Source: Eledone cirrhosa
Taxonomy: Eukaryota
NCBI GenBank assembly: GCA_964016885.1
Contig: OZ024744.1
Location: forward strand, 102,672,001 to 102,736,000
Length of the DNA stretch: 64,000 bases
Direction of reading: 5' to 3'
Both the position numbers and the translations under genes were made by a program. Under the pieces are notes generated by a model. That model did not search any database. It was not told the DNA's origin and worked only from the letters and a program-made list of their open reading frames with translations. Numbering within the stretch: the stretch's first letter is position 1; each line of letters starts with the position of its first letter. Shown piece by piece: positions 1-11,491 of the stretch.

Positions 1-32
1 TCTTTTCCTTTTTACTAATATATATATAATCA

Positions 33-443
33 GCAGGAGAGATGACGCCTTACCCTTTGTCAAGGCAGAATTCTAGGAGAAGGAAAACTCTGATATAACA
101 CCTGCAACCCTGATGGTATCCAATGATGTTGACTTGTTCTTCTTTTTGGTAAATATTATCTTGGTTAAGAGAGTGGGACTGGCTTTGTGCAGTGCCTTTG
201 CTCACTATAAAAGCTTCGCGGCACAGGCATTGCTTTATATCTGCAGATCTCTCTGCACTTGTCGTCACATGGTACCATGGGCCCAGCACTATGTGTCAAT
301 AATTGTCACAAGTGTAGTGTTTGTACCAGAGTTTTCAAGTCGGTGGCTGGACTAAAAAGTCACACTCGTTCAGGGCATCGGTAGGGGTTCTCCTACATGG
401 ATATGAAGTAGTGGCCGTACTCGAAAACGAGTTGGCAGCCACC
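33..443 (+). mobile_element. Non-autonomous bipartite RTE-derived element (RTE 5'UTR-like part + RTE 3' end with last C2H2 finger)
   Basis: Contains CTAGGAGAAGGAAAACTCTG (RTE 5'UTR-like). 307-384 translates HKCSVCTRVFKSVAGLKSHTRSGHR*. Has a 3' stem-loop CTCG-AAAA-CGAG, is flanked by (TA)n, and has a second copy at 12252-12580. Confidence 0.75.
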
Positions 444-463
444 ATATATATATATAAATAAAT

Positions 464-2130
464 ATAAAGTAACAGAAAGAGTTATAGCACAGTTGATTAG
501 GGACCGGGTAAAACTAGATGAGATGCAATTTGGGTTTGTACCAGGAAGAGGCACCACTGATGCCCTCTTCCTTGTAAGGCAGTTACAGGAAAAGTACCTA
601 GCTAAAAGTAAGCCACTCTACCTGGCATTTGTCGACCTTGAGAAAGCCTTTGACAGAGTTCCACATGCTGTAATCTGGTGGGCTCTTAGAAAACTAGGAG
701 TAGATGAATGGCTTGTGAAAGCGGTACATGCCATGTAGAGGGGAGCAGTCAGCAAAGTTAGGATTAACAATGAGTATAGCGAGGAATTTAGCGTATAGGT
801 TGGGGTCCACCAGGGCTCTGTTCTTGGCCCCCTCCTGTTTATCATAGTCCTGCAGGCAATAACGGAGGAGTTTAAGACCGGATGCCCATGGAAACTCCTG
901 TATGCTGATGACCTCGCACTTATAGCTGAATCTATGGTAGAACTAGAGAAGAAATTCCAAACTTGGAAGCAGGGACTTTGTCAACATGACAAAGACTAAG
1001 GTCCTTGTAAGTAGATGAGAAAACAGAACCCAGATGCCCTCAGGGAAATGGCCTTGCTCAGTATGTAGGAACTCCATTCTCTGCCCCAAATGCAACCAAT
1101 GGGTACACAAGAGATGTAGCGGGATCTCAGGAAGCTTAATTAAGAATGTAGGCTTCACATGCATCAGCTGTGCTGGGACAGCAAGCAGCAAACAGCCACA
1201 GGAAACAAGTACCACCAATCTCTGGGAGGGCTCTGTAGAAACAGTAGACAGCTTCTGCAACCTAGGTGACCGAATTAGCAGCGGAGGTGGGTGTTCAGAA
1301 AGTACAATAACTAGGGTAAGAACGGGATGGAAGAAGTTTAGGAAACTACTACCACTGCTAGCTGCAAAAGGCTTCTCCCTCAGAATGAAAGGCAGACTGT
1401 GTGATGCGTGTATCCGAACAGCGATGTTGCATGGTAGTGAGACCTGGGCGCTGAAGGTGGAAGACTTACGTAGGTTAGAGAGAAATGAAGCCTGCATGCT
1501 CCGATGGATGTGTAACAGTAATATACGTCAACGACAAAGCATAAATGAATTGAGAGAGAGACTGAGCATAAGAGGAAACAAATGCTGTGTGCAGGAGAGG
1601 CGGTTGCGCTGGTATGGACATGTGATGCGTATGAAGGATGACAGCTGCATAAAAAGGTGCAGACACTAGAAGTCGATGGAAACCGCGAAGTGGGGAGACC
1701 CAAGATGACCTGGGATGAGGTGATAAAAGCCGACCTTACCCAATTACACCTCTCAAAGGCAATGACACATGACCGTGACCTCTGGCGTCACGCAGTAATA
1801 CAGAGTACCCGACCTCCCATGGGTACAAGCTGAAGCATATAGACAATATGCCCCCCCCCCCCACCGCAAGGTGGTCGTGGAGGTGCCACGGCAAAAAAGT
1901 ACCCAGCCCACACTGTAAAGTGGACGTGTAGGCACCACGAAAAAGCACCCAGCACTCACTGTAAATGAGGTTGGTGTTAGGAAGGGCATCCAGCTGTAGA
2001 AAGCAAGCCAAATCAGTTCCTGTATGAGCAAGGCATGGTCAGCCGACCAGACACTACCCACAACAGGACAACCCGTCTAACCCATGCTAGCGTGGAAGAA
2101 CGGACGTAAAACGGTGATGATGATGATGAT
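464..2130 (+). mobile_element. 5'-truncated, decayed RTE-clade LINE (RT + PHD-like insert) with long 3'UTR and (GAT)n tail
   Basis: QFGFVPGRGTTDA, FVDLEKAFDRV, HQGSVLGPLLF, YADDL, CSVC..CPKC..HKRC..CISC and RLRWYGHVMRM, broken by stops and frameshifts; ends in GATGATGAT. Confidence 0.93.
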
Positions 2131-2210
2131 ATATTATGGAATATATATATATTATGGAATACTGTTGGCTTTTTGCTACAATATTTTGTATACCTTTCAT
2201 TTATATATAA

Positions 2211-2250
<40 letters not shown>

Positions 2251-2253
<3 letters not shown>

Positions 2254-2642
2254 GCCACCTCTTAACCAAATATACACCCCAATCCACTACCCCTACCCTA
2301 TCCTCCCACTCCCACCAACACCACCCTCTCTCTGTAAAGTTGGTACCACAACATCCAGTCCAAATAACTGAGATAATGAGATCGAGATCGTGTAGGTGTC
2401 ACAACAAAAAAAAACAGTCCACGCTGTAATGTGGCCGTGTAGGTAACATGGTAAAAGGTTCCCAGTTTCACACTGTAAATGTGGTTGGTGTTAGGAAGGG
2501 CATCCAGCTGTAGAAAACCTGCCAGATAGTCCTATATGAGCGAGACATGGTCACCCGACCAACCTTGCCTCAAGTGGGACAACTCCCGTCTAACCCTTGC
2601 TAGCGTGGAAGATGGACGTTAAACGAAGATGATGATGATGAT
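2251..2642 (+). mobile_element. RTE-related 3' module/SINE fragment with (GAT)n tail
   Basis: GGTTGGTGTTAGGAAGGGCATCCAGCTGTAGAAA motif plus CCCGTCTAACCCTTGCTAGCGTGGAAG..GATGATG; homologous to 49630-49900. Confidence 0.8.
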
Positions 2643-2669
2643 ATATATATATGTATGTATATATATATA

Positions 2670-3200
2670 TTGTTATACTTGGGGAGAGTCATATTGTTAT
2701 AATATTGCCAGAAATAACAGAACACACTGTTTGGTTTGGGTTGGTTTTCGCTTCTGTATCTTTTATATCGCCATAGTTAATTTATTTGGCAATCAATGTT
2801 TATCATGATTGACCAACGGTTAAAAATACAGAGACAGAGATACAAATAAATAAATAAGTAAACTAAATTCAAAATGGCGTAGACATTACAATACAATGGG
2901 AAGAAACATAATAGTACCACTGATGTTACAGTTGTGTGATGAAAGAACTTTGATAGACTATATATATATATTTATATCTGTATTTTTAACCGTTGGTCAA
3001 TCAATGATAAACATTAATTGCCAAATAAATTAACTATGGAGATATAAAAGATACAGAAGCGAAAACCAACCCAAACCAAACAGTGAGTGTGTTCTGTTAT
3101 TATTTCTGGTAATGTTATAACAATATGACCCTCCCCAAGTATAACAATATTTTTTTCGACTCACGATTTCATAATTTCATATCAAAAACCTTGCAAAACA
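2670..3200. mobile_element. Penelope pseudo-LTR-derived mini element: ~160-bp inverted repeats around a decayed hammerhead
   Basis: Arms 2670-2831 and 2977-3149 are reverse complements. ATGACCCTCCCCAAGTATAACAATAT matches the PLE 3' end at ~42377-42401. The spacer 2919-2953 aligns with the hammerhead at 42198-42240. Confidence 0.75.
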
Positions 3201-3223
3201 AATATATATATATATATACACAC

Positions 3224-3254
<31 letters not shown>

Positions 3255-3255
<1 letters not shown>

Positions 3256-4442
3256 GTCCTGTGAAAGTAGCTCTCACAGAACCTCCGACGCTTGTGGAGG
3301 TTGCAGTGGCTATCTCGAAGCTGAACAGTGGAAGGTCTCCAGGTATGGATGGCATACATGCTGAGCTCCTACAATATGGTGGTGAGAGACTCCTGCATCA
3401 TCTTCACTCTTTGTTTGGCAGGATATGGGCTAATGAATCCATACCTGAGGACTGGAGAGATGCAGTAATGGTGGTTTTGTACAAGGGAAAGGGTAACAGG
3501 AATGATTGTGGGAACTACAGAGGTATATCATTGCTTTCTGTCGTAGGGAAAGTTTTATGTAGGGTGCTTCTGGACCGTCTGCTGACACACATTGCAGATT
3601 GTGTTCTTCCTGAAAGTCAATCTGGTTTTCGTGCTGGACGCGGCACTACTGATATGATCTTCTCAGCTAGACAGCTCCAGGAGAAGTGCATGGAACAAGG
3701 CTTGGATCTGTATCAGGTTTTTGTCGATCTGACAAATCTCGACATCAGTGATGTCGAGATTTTGGAAAGCTCTATTATGTGTGACAGTATAGAAGCTCTT
3801 TTGCTTAAGCAACGACTCCGTTGGAGTGGTCACCTTGCCAGGATGAAGGATTCTAGAATACCAAAACAACTCTTTTATGGAGAGTTAGTTAAAGGAAAAC
3901 GACCGCCACATAAACCAAAAAAGAGGTATAAGGATTCCTTGAAAGCCTCTCTGAAAGACGCTAACATCTCTGCTGATACATGGAAAAATATTGCTGCTGA
4001 TCGTAATAAATGGAGAAAGACTGTATATGAGGGAAAAGTTGCCTTTGAGGCAACTCGAATCGCATATGAGAAAGTAAAGCTGGATGTGAGGAAGGGCATT
4101 GCTGTTGCACTTCCAGACGGCGTGGGTCCTCCTATGGTGCTGACATGCAGCGTCTGTGCGAGACTCTGCCTAAGCAAAGCTGGACTCGAAAGTCATCTTC
4201 GCAGTCATAAAGTAAGACCAGTGGTTGACTACCAGGCTGCTGTTGGAGATGCTACTCATCATGCTTGCCAAACATGTGGTAGAGAATGTAAATCAGCAGG
4301 AGGGCTCAAATGACGTGCAAAAGTACACAAACTCCAACCACAGCCGACTATTCCCAGTGAATGTTTTGGTTGCCGACTCTGTCCAAGACATTTTAGATCA
4401 TTGGCTGGGCTAAAAAGCCACATTCGATTGCAGCGCTGTTAG
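3255..4442 (+). mobile_element. BovB-like RTE LINE fragment, RT core deleted in frame, three C-terminal zinc fingers
   Basis: GNYRGISLLS, LPESQSGFRAGRGTTDMIF and FVDLT are joined directly to ..LRWSGHLARM..PKQLFYGEL. Then CSVC-x12-H, CQTC.. and CRLC-x12-H follow in the same frame across one premature TGA (4311). Confidence 0.9.
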
Positions 4443-4486
4443 TTGCTATCGTGTGTGTCTGTGTATAGATATGTTTATGTGTGTGC

Positions 4487-4526
<40 letters not shown>

Positions 4527-4946
4527 TATTATTGTTGTTGTTGTCATTATTATTATTGTTGTTATTGTTATTATTATTGTTATTAATATATATATATATG
4601 TATATATGTGTGTATATATATATATATGTAGATAAATCTACCAAAAGTTTATACGGTAGTGTCCAATCCGTATGAAGAACTCAATGTAATCCGGATATCA
4701 TGAAAAGAGAAGATGCATTCAAAAACTACTTTCGGTGAAAAATAAACGGAAAACAGAGTCAAGATAAATTATTAAAAAATAATGAATAAACAAAGAAACA
4801 GTTCCTTATATTAAAAAAAATTCATTATTTTACGATCGTTTCTAGGATATATATGTGTTAGAGTTGGTATGCATATTCTATAGATCTATGTACAATATTT
4901 ATACAAACTATCAGAGGGAATATACATACCTACACATACATATGCT

Positions 4947-5721
4947 GTCTTCAGAAATAATTGTTTCTACTTTTGGCACAAGGCCAGCAATTAACCCAGT
5001 GCATTACTGGTACTTTATTTTATCGACCCCGAAAGGATGAAAGGCAAAGTTAACCTCGGCGGGATTTGAACTCAGAATGGCAAGGACCGTGTCTTCAGAA
5101 ATAATTGTTTCTACTTTAGGCACAAGGCCAGCAATTACCCAGTGCATTACTGGTACTTTATTTTATCGACCCCGTAAGGATGAAAGGCAAAGTCAACCTC
5201 GGCGGGATTTGAACTCAGATCATAAAGGGATGTAACTATGCTGCAAAGCATGGCGTCCGACCCTCTACCGATACTGCCAATCCACCGCCAATCCACGTGT
5301 CTTCAGAAATAATTGTTTCTACTTTTGGCACAAGGCCAGCAATTACCCAGTGCATTACTGGTACTTTATTTTATCGACCCCGTAAGGATGAAAGGCAAAG
5401 TTAACCTCGGCGGGATTTGAACTCAGAATGGCAAGGGCCGTAACTCTATGCATCAAAGCATGGCATCCAACCCTCTACCGATACTGCCAATTCACCGCCC
5501 TTGTCTTCAGAAATAATTGTTTCTACTATTGGCACAAGGCCAGAAAATTACCCAGTACATTACTGGTACTTTATTTTATCGACCCCGTAAGGATGAAAGG
5601 CAAAGTTAACCTCGGCGGGATTTGAACTCAGAATGGCAAGGGCCGTAACTCTATGCGTCAAAGCATGGCGTCCGAACCTCTACCGATACTGCCAATCCAC
5701 CGCCTTGTCTTCAGAAATAAT
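4947..5721 (-). repeat. Tandem array (~4 units, 143-208 bp) of a tRNA-derived SINE with Meta/MESC-like body
   Basis: Units restart at GTCTTCAGAAATAAT. The minus strand reads GGCGGTGGATTGGCAGTATCGG (A-box-like), GAGTTCAAATCCC (B-box) and GCCTTTCATCCTTACGGGGTCGATAAAATAAAGTACCAG. Confidence 0.85.
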
Positions 5722-6447
5722 GATACTTGTTTATTGATAAGAACAAAGATTCAATACAATAGGTCTGTTTGGGAACAGGTTTTGAATTGACCAATCAGGA
5801 GATAGTGAGGGTCAAGATAGTGATATAGAATTAGGAGAACCTTAAATTATGGGTAGAGGAAGGTAGGTTTCAGTTTTGGATGGAAAAGAGTATTATGAAT
5901 GAAGGATTACTTTAGGGAAGAAGTAGGTCATATGTTGACCTCAGAAATAATTTTATTTGTTCATTGAATAAAACCAACAAAGATCCAATATAATAATGGA
6001 TTACTTTAGGGAAGAAGTAGGTCATATGTTGACCTCAGAAATAATTTTATTTATTCATTGAATAAAACCAACAAAGATCAAATATATTCTGTCTGTTTGG
6101 TAAAAGGTTTAGAATTAACCAATAAAAAGTTAATAATTGGCCAAATGGTAAAGTAGTAGTAATTGAAACTTATTTTAGGGTTGAAACTAGGTCAGGTGGT
6201 CAGTAGAAGATATACAAGCAGTTGTTATAAAATAGTAATGCCAATACAAATATCTAAGGTGACCAGAGATTTAAGATAAGGATGTTAGTGAAAAAAATAC
6301 ATCTATGAAAAGGATATAAAATTAATTTAATTGATGGGTATATTTATATTGATAAAATTATACTAATACATATAGATATGATAAATAAGAGTTAGATGCA
6401 GTTGAAAAGTGCTGTTAAGGATGAGGGGAGATTAAAAGAATATAAAA

Positions 6448-6498
6448 ATGATATATATATATATATACATATATATATCTACATATATATACATACAT

Positions 6499-6539
<41 letters not shown>

Positions 6540-6636
6540 CATACACATACACACACAAATATATACCCATATATATATACATATATATATACGCATATAC
6601 ACATGTACATATACATACACACACACACACACAGAC

Positions 6637-6673
<37 letters not shown>

Positions 6674-6683
6674 TATACACATA

Positions 6684-6714
<31 letters not shown>

Positions 6715-6790
6715 TTTTACACTCACATACATACACACATACATACATACACACTTATATGCACACACATCCACACTTACATATACATAT
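6448..6790. repeat. Compound (TA)n/(CA)n microsatellite
   Basis: Seen directly in the sequence. Confidence 0.95.
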
Positions 6791-6849
6791 AATTATTGGG
6801 GGGGGGGGGGGGATTAAATTTATTAGTGGGAAATAGTAAATATATATAG

Positions 6850-8080
6850 GTTTCAAGGAACATAGAGTCATAACCTGAAGTTAAAGCATTATATATGTTT
6901 ACTTAATGGTATCAGTTTTAGGAAATGATATTTGTAAGAAGGAAAGCCAAATTATGTAGTTCATCATTAGTAGAATATTAATTATAGGTTAACTAAAATA
7001 AAAATAGTTTATATATTAATTTCTAAGGTGTATATTAATTAGGTTTATAATATTTAAAGCAGAATTATGTAGTTCATCAGTAGTAGAATATTAATTATAG
7101 GTTAACTAAATTAAAAATAATTACATATGTTTACTTAATGGTATCAGTTTTAGGAAATGATATTTGTAAGAAGGAAAGCCAAATTATGTAGTTCATCAGT
7201 AGTAGAATATTAATTATAGGTTAACTAAATTAAAAATAGTTTATATATTAATTTCTAAAGTGTATATTAATTAGGTTTATAATATTTAAAGCAGAATTTT
7301 GTAATTCATCTGTAGTAGAATATTAATTATAGGTTAACTAAATTAAAATTAATTTATATAAGTGTATATTAATTAGGTTTATAATATTTAAATGTTTTTC
7401 TCAGTTTATGATTACACGATATTATTAATTCCTGTCGCTTATTTAATAGGATATCCTTAGATTTCATTATTTCGAAAAGTTCTTGGGAACACAATCTACA
7501 TTCATTTCTACTATTTTGATAAGGGGTGGCCCTTTTGAGCACACTCCAGGTCAGGTCATATTCTATATTCCTCTTTCTATAACTATTAATTTTTTCAGCT
7601 AGAGATGTTGTATTAGCTAGTGCGGCATTTTTAAAACTATGTTTGTGGGTATTAAATCTTACCTTAAAATTGTTAGAGGTAGCTCCTATATATGAATACA
7701 TAGAGTCCTTAGTGTTAACTTTACATTTATATATTATGTTATTAACAAGGCAATTTCCTTTTAATGGACAGTTTGCCTTGTTTCTACAGTTACAACTTTT
7801 CGTGAATCCTGTATCTGAGGAGATATTATGGTTAGTTTGATGTACTGGTGGTATACTTATGGTTTTTTTACATTTATATGCATTATAGGCACTTATATTT
7901 TGTTTTATGTTTTTGGTTGTTGAGTAGGAGAATTTAACTGTTGATCTATTTAAGATTTGATGGTATTTGTGGTTTGGCGGGAAGTTTTTCTCTAGGATAT
8001 TAAAGAATTTTTTAGGTATATTATCCTTAACTTGTAAATTAAATGGAGCATTATACCAAGTAACTCGTCTATTACGGTTT
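6850..8080 (-). mobile_element. Penelope-like element 3' fragment (GIY-YIG endonuclease, probably Hydra-type) with tandemly duplicated 3' region
   Basis: Minus strand CNCRNKANCPLKGNCL..IIYKCKV..YIGATSNNFKVRFNTHKHSF..CRLC..SCNH. A ~232-bp period duplication spans 6893-7390. Confidence 0.85.
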
Positions 8081-8191
8081 CATATATATGTATATGTATA
8101 TATATATATTTTTTTTTTTCTCGTGCAATGGCCATACTCGATAACGAGGGGGCAGCCATCATGTATATATGTATGTATGTATATACATACA

Positions 8192-8482
8192 TGTGAAGAA
8201 CTCCTAGCCTTTGTCAGGGCATTGTTCTAGGAGAAGGCAACTCAGGAAACTGGGATAACTCCGATATAAGACCTGCGGCTCAGTAGTTACCGATGATGTT
8301 GATCTTTTCTTCTTTTCGGGTTATAGCTACTGTCGCTCAGAGAGTGGGGTTGGCTCAGTGCACAGTCTTACCTCACTTTTTAAAAAATCTTCACGCATAG
8401 GCATTGCACGATAGAATTAATTAATAATTATTAATAATGGTATATCGTGAAATTGCCGTACTCGATAACGATGGGGCAGTCA
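8192..8482 (+). mobile_element. Second bipartite RTE-derived non-autonomous family
   Basis: CCTTTGTCAGGGCATTGTTCTAGGAGAAGGCAACTC ... GCCGTACTCGATAACGATGGGGCAG. Another copy lies at 33452-33715 and an isolated tail at 8122-8160. Confidence 0.75.
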
Positions 8483-8537
8483 TATATATATAAATGAAGT
8501 AATTACTCAATACTTAGGGTAGTAGAGTGGGAAATAG

Positions 8538-8622
8538 GAAATTGTTCAAGACCCCGACGGCAGAGCTCAAGCCGTTTCGACGAAACGGCTTGAATTCTGC
8601 CGTCGGGGTCTTGAACAATTTC
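8538..8622. repeat. Near-perfect palindrome (42-bp arms, 1-nt spacer)
   Basis: GAAATTGTTCAAGACCCCGACGGCAGAGCTCAAGCCGTTTCG-A-CGAAACGGCTTGAATTCTGCCGTCGGGGTCTTGAACAATTTC, with 2 mismatches. Confidence 0.95.
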
Positions 8623-8939
8623 TTATATATATATAGAGAGAGAGATATGTATTATGTATGTATGTATGTAGATGACAAAGGACTGCACGATTTAGCGACT
8701 CGTACCGGAGAGGACGTGCCTACCACCACCCCTAGCCCATATATGCCCTTCCCCACTGTTATCTGTTAGCTATTCTCACCAGCACTATATCCTTCTCTAA
8801 AATTCCTGACACACCTGTGTGTACTACCCCTATATTATCGGAGGTCACCCCCCTCTCTACTCATCATCTCGCGAATTCCTACCACACCTGCGATATATGC
8901 ATAACATACTTATCTTACACCCCCCACACCTCCACAGAG

Positions 8940-9350
8940 CAGACAAGGATCTTCAGTTGGGACAATAACTGACAACTCTAGTGCTGCTTTCACGAAAATG
9001 CACCCAGTACACACTGTAAGGTGGTTGGCGGTAAGAAGAGCATATTGCTGTCGAAACCATGCCAAAAGGGGTCGTGGGGTCCTTTCATTTGTGTTTAAGA
9101 TATGGCAACCTTACTAGTGATGGTAATTCAAACAATAAACACTCCAAGCACACGCTACAAAGTGGTTCGTAATAAGAAGGGCATTCAGCTGTAGAAAGCT
9201 TGCCAAAACAAAGGGTTGGGGTCACTTCCTTTGTGCCGATGGTCACAATAAAATGCACTCAATAGAGCACGGGACGGTGTGCAATCGAGATGCAGGCCTC
9301 GTTTGAATACTGACTCGGTTTGTGAAGACCTATACAACCCTCACTTGCAC
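8940..9350 (+). mobile_element. Diverged SINE/RTE-UTR module fragments
   Basis: CACCCAGTACACACTGTAAGGTGGTTGG and AAGAAGGGCATTCAGCTGTAGAAA variants. Confidence 0.55.
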
Positions 9351-9692
9351 GGAAACATATATATTTGCACGGACTTTAAATATATATATACACACACACA
9401 AACAGAGGACCGTGCAAAGTTGGTAATGACCCAAGCCTGATGTGGAATGTAGCCCCACGTCAAAATGTTCATTATTTTAATCAGTGATACATATATAGGA
9501 TTTATGTATGAGTTATAAGTATATACACGTACATATAGTGTACATAATGTATTTACAAGTCACAGAACAGAAGTTACGGATCAGAAATGTATACATACAT
9601 ATACACATACATATATATACACATACATATATATATGCACATAAACGCATTTATATATTTTTTTTATCTGTAAATGAACATGCATCTATCTT

Positions 9693-9743
<51 letters not shown>

Positions 9744-9746
<3 letters not shown>

Positions 9747-9893
9747 TTGGGGAGGGTCATATTGTTATAAATGGAAACTATAAAACAATATATATATATA
9801 TATATATAATATATTTTTTTTCTTTCAAATGGACATATTTGAAGGTATTTGTGCAATGTGAATAACTGGACACCCTCCACACAGCCCCCTCTC

Positions 9894-9959
<66 letters not shown>

Positions 9960-10135
9960 TATGATGTATGTATGTAGATGACAAAGGACTGCACGATTAT
10001 ATATATATATATGGGAGAGGGGACTGTGTGGAGGGTGTCCAGTTATTCACATTGCACAAATACCTTAAAATATGTCCATTGAAAAAAAAATAGATATAGA
10101 TATATATATGGTTATATAAATATAGTTTCCATTTA
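9744..10135. repeat. Inverted duplication hinged on (TA)n, with PLE pLTR motif
   Basis: 9767-9897 is the reverse complement of 10011-10135. It starts with ATACTTGGGGAGGGTCATATTGTTATA (PLE terminal motif, reversed). Confidence 0.8.
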
Positions 10136-10389
10136 ATAGATATAGATATAGATGTATATATATATAAATATATAGCTTATTAAAGAACGAAAACAATAAC
10201 TAAATTAGTATTTCAAATATTTATACTTCTGAAAAGACAGGAAATAAAGGCATCTCTCTCACACTCTCTCTCTCTGTCTGTCTCTCTCTCTCTCTATATA
10301 TATTTTATATATGTATATATACACATATATATATGGGAGAGGGGACTACATGGGAGTGAGAAATGAAATTTCGTTTCATTTTTTCCGTT

Positions 10390-10420
<31 letters not shown>

Positions 10421-10536
10421 ATATATATATATATATGTATTTATTATATATATTATATTTATTATATATGTGTGTGTGTGGGCGTGTTTATATATATATA
10501 TGTGTGTGTCTGTGTATATATATATATGTATATAAA

Positions 10537-10579
<43 letters not shown>

Positions 10580-10979
10580 ATATGTATATGTATCTATCTA
10601 TCTGTGTGTGTGTTGTGTAAGTCACATTTGTTTCCTGAATACATTAGTGGCAAAGTGAAAGTAAATCTAACCATTGTGAAATTTTGATCTTCCATACTTA
10701 TTGTAGATATTTTGGTAGTCATACGTTTGTAATGGAAAAATCCCAGCTTTGTGGAACTTTCTAATAAACGCTTCTATGCGTTCACTGTTATTAGCTATTA
10801 TACACGTATATGTATATATATATATATATACACGTATACATGTATATGTATATATATGTATGTGTGTGTACATATGTATGTGTGTACATATGTATATATA
10901 TATCTGATATATATCTGTGTATATATATATATATATATATATACACAGATATATATATATAATTTGCTTCAATACACAG

Positions 10980-11045
<66 letters not shown>

Positions 11046-11185
11046 ACATGTCTATCTATAATTGTGAGTGAGTGTATATATATATATATACTCATATAGA
11101 ATTTGCTTCAATACACAGATATATATCAGATATATATATATATATATATATATATCTGTATATACATGTCTATGTATAACTGTGA

Positions 11186-11222
<37 letters not shown>

Positions 11223-11491
11223 GAATTTGCTTCAATACACAGATATATATAAAGATATATATATCTGTGTATTGAAGCAAATTCTATGTGTATATATAAT
11301 ATACACATAGAATTTGCTTCAATACAGATATCTATATATCTGTGTATTGAAGCAAATTCTGTGTATATATATATATATATACACTCACTCATAATTATAG
11401 GTAGACATGTATATATATATATATAGCTGTGTATTGAGGCAAATTCTATATCTGTGTATATATATATATACTCACTCACAATTATAGATAG

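Noticed and set aside
7480-7510. Selenocysteine recoding in the PLE CxxC motif
   Set aside because: Both codons are TGT; there is no in-frame UGA at conserved cysteines.
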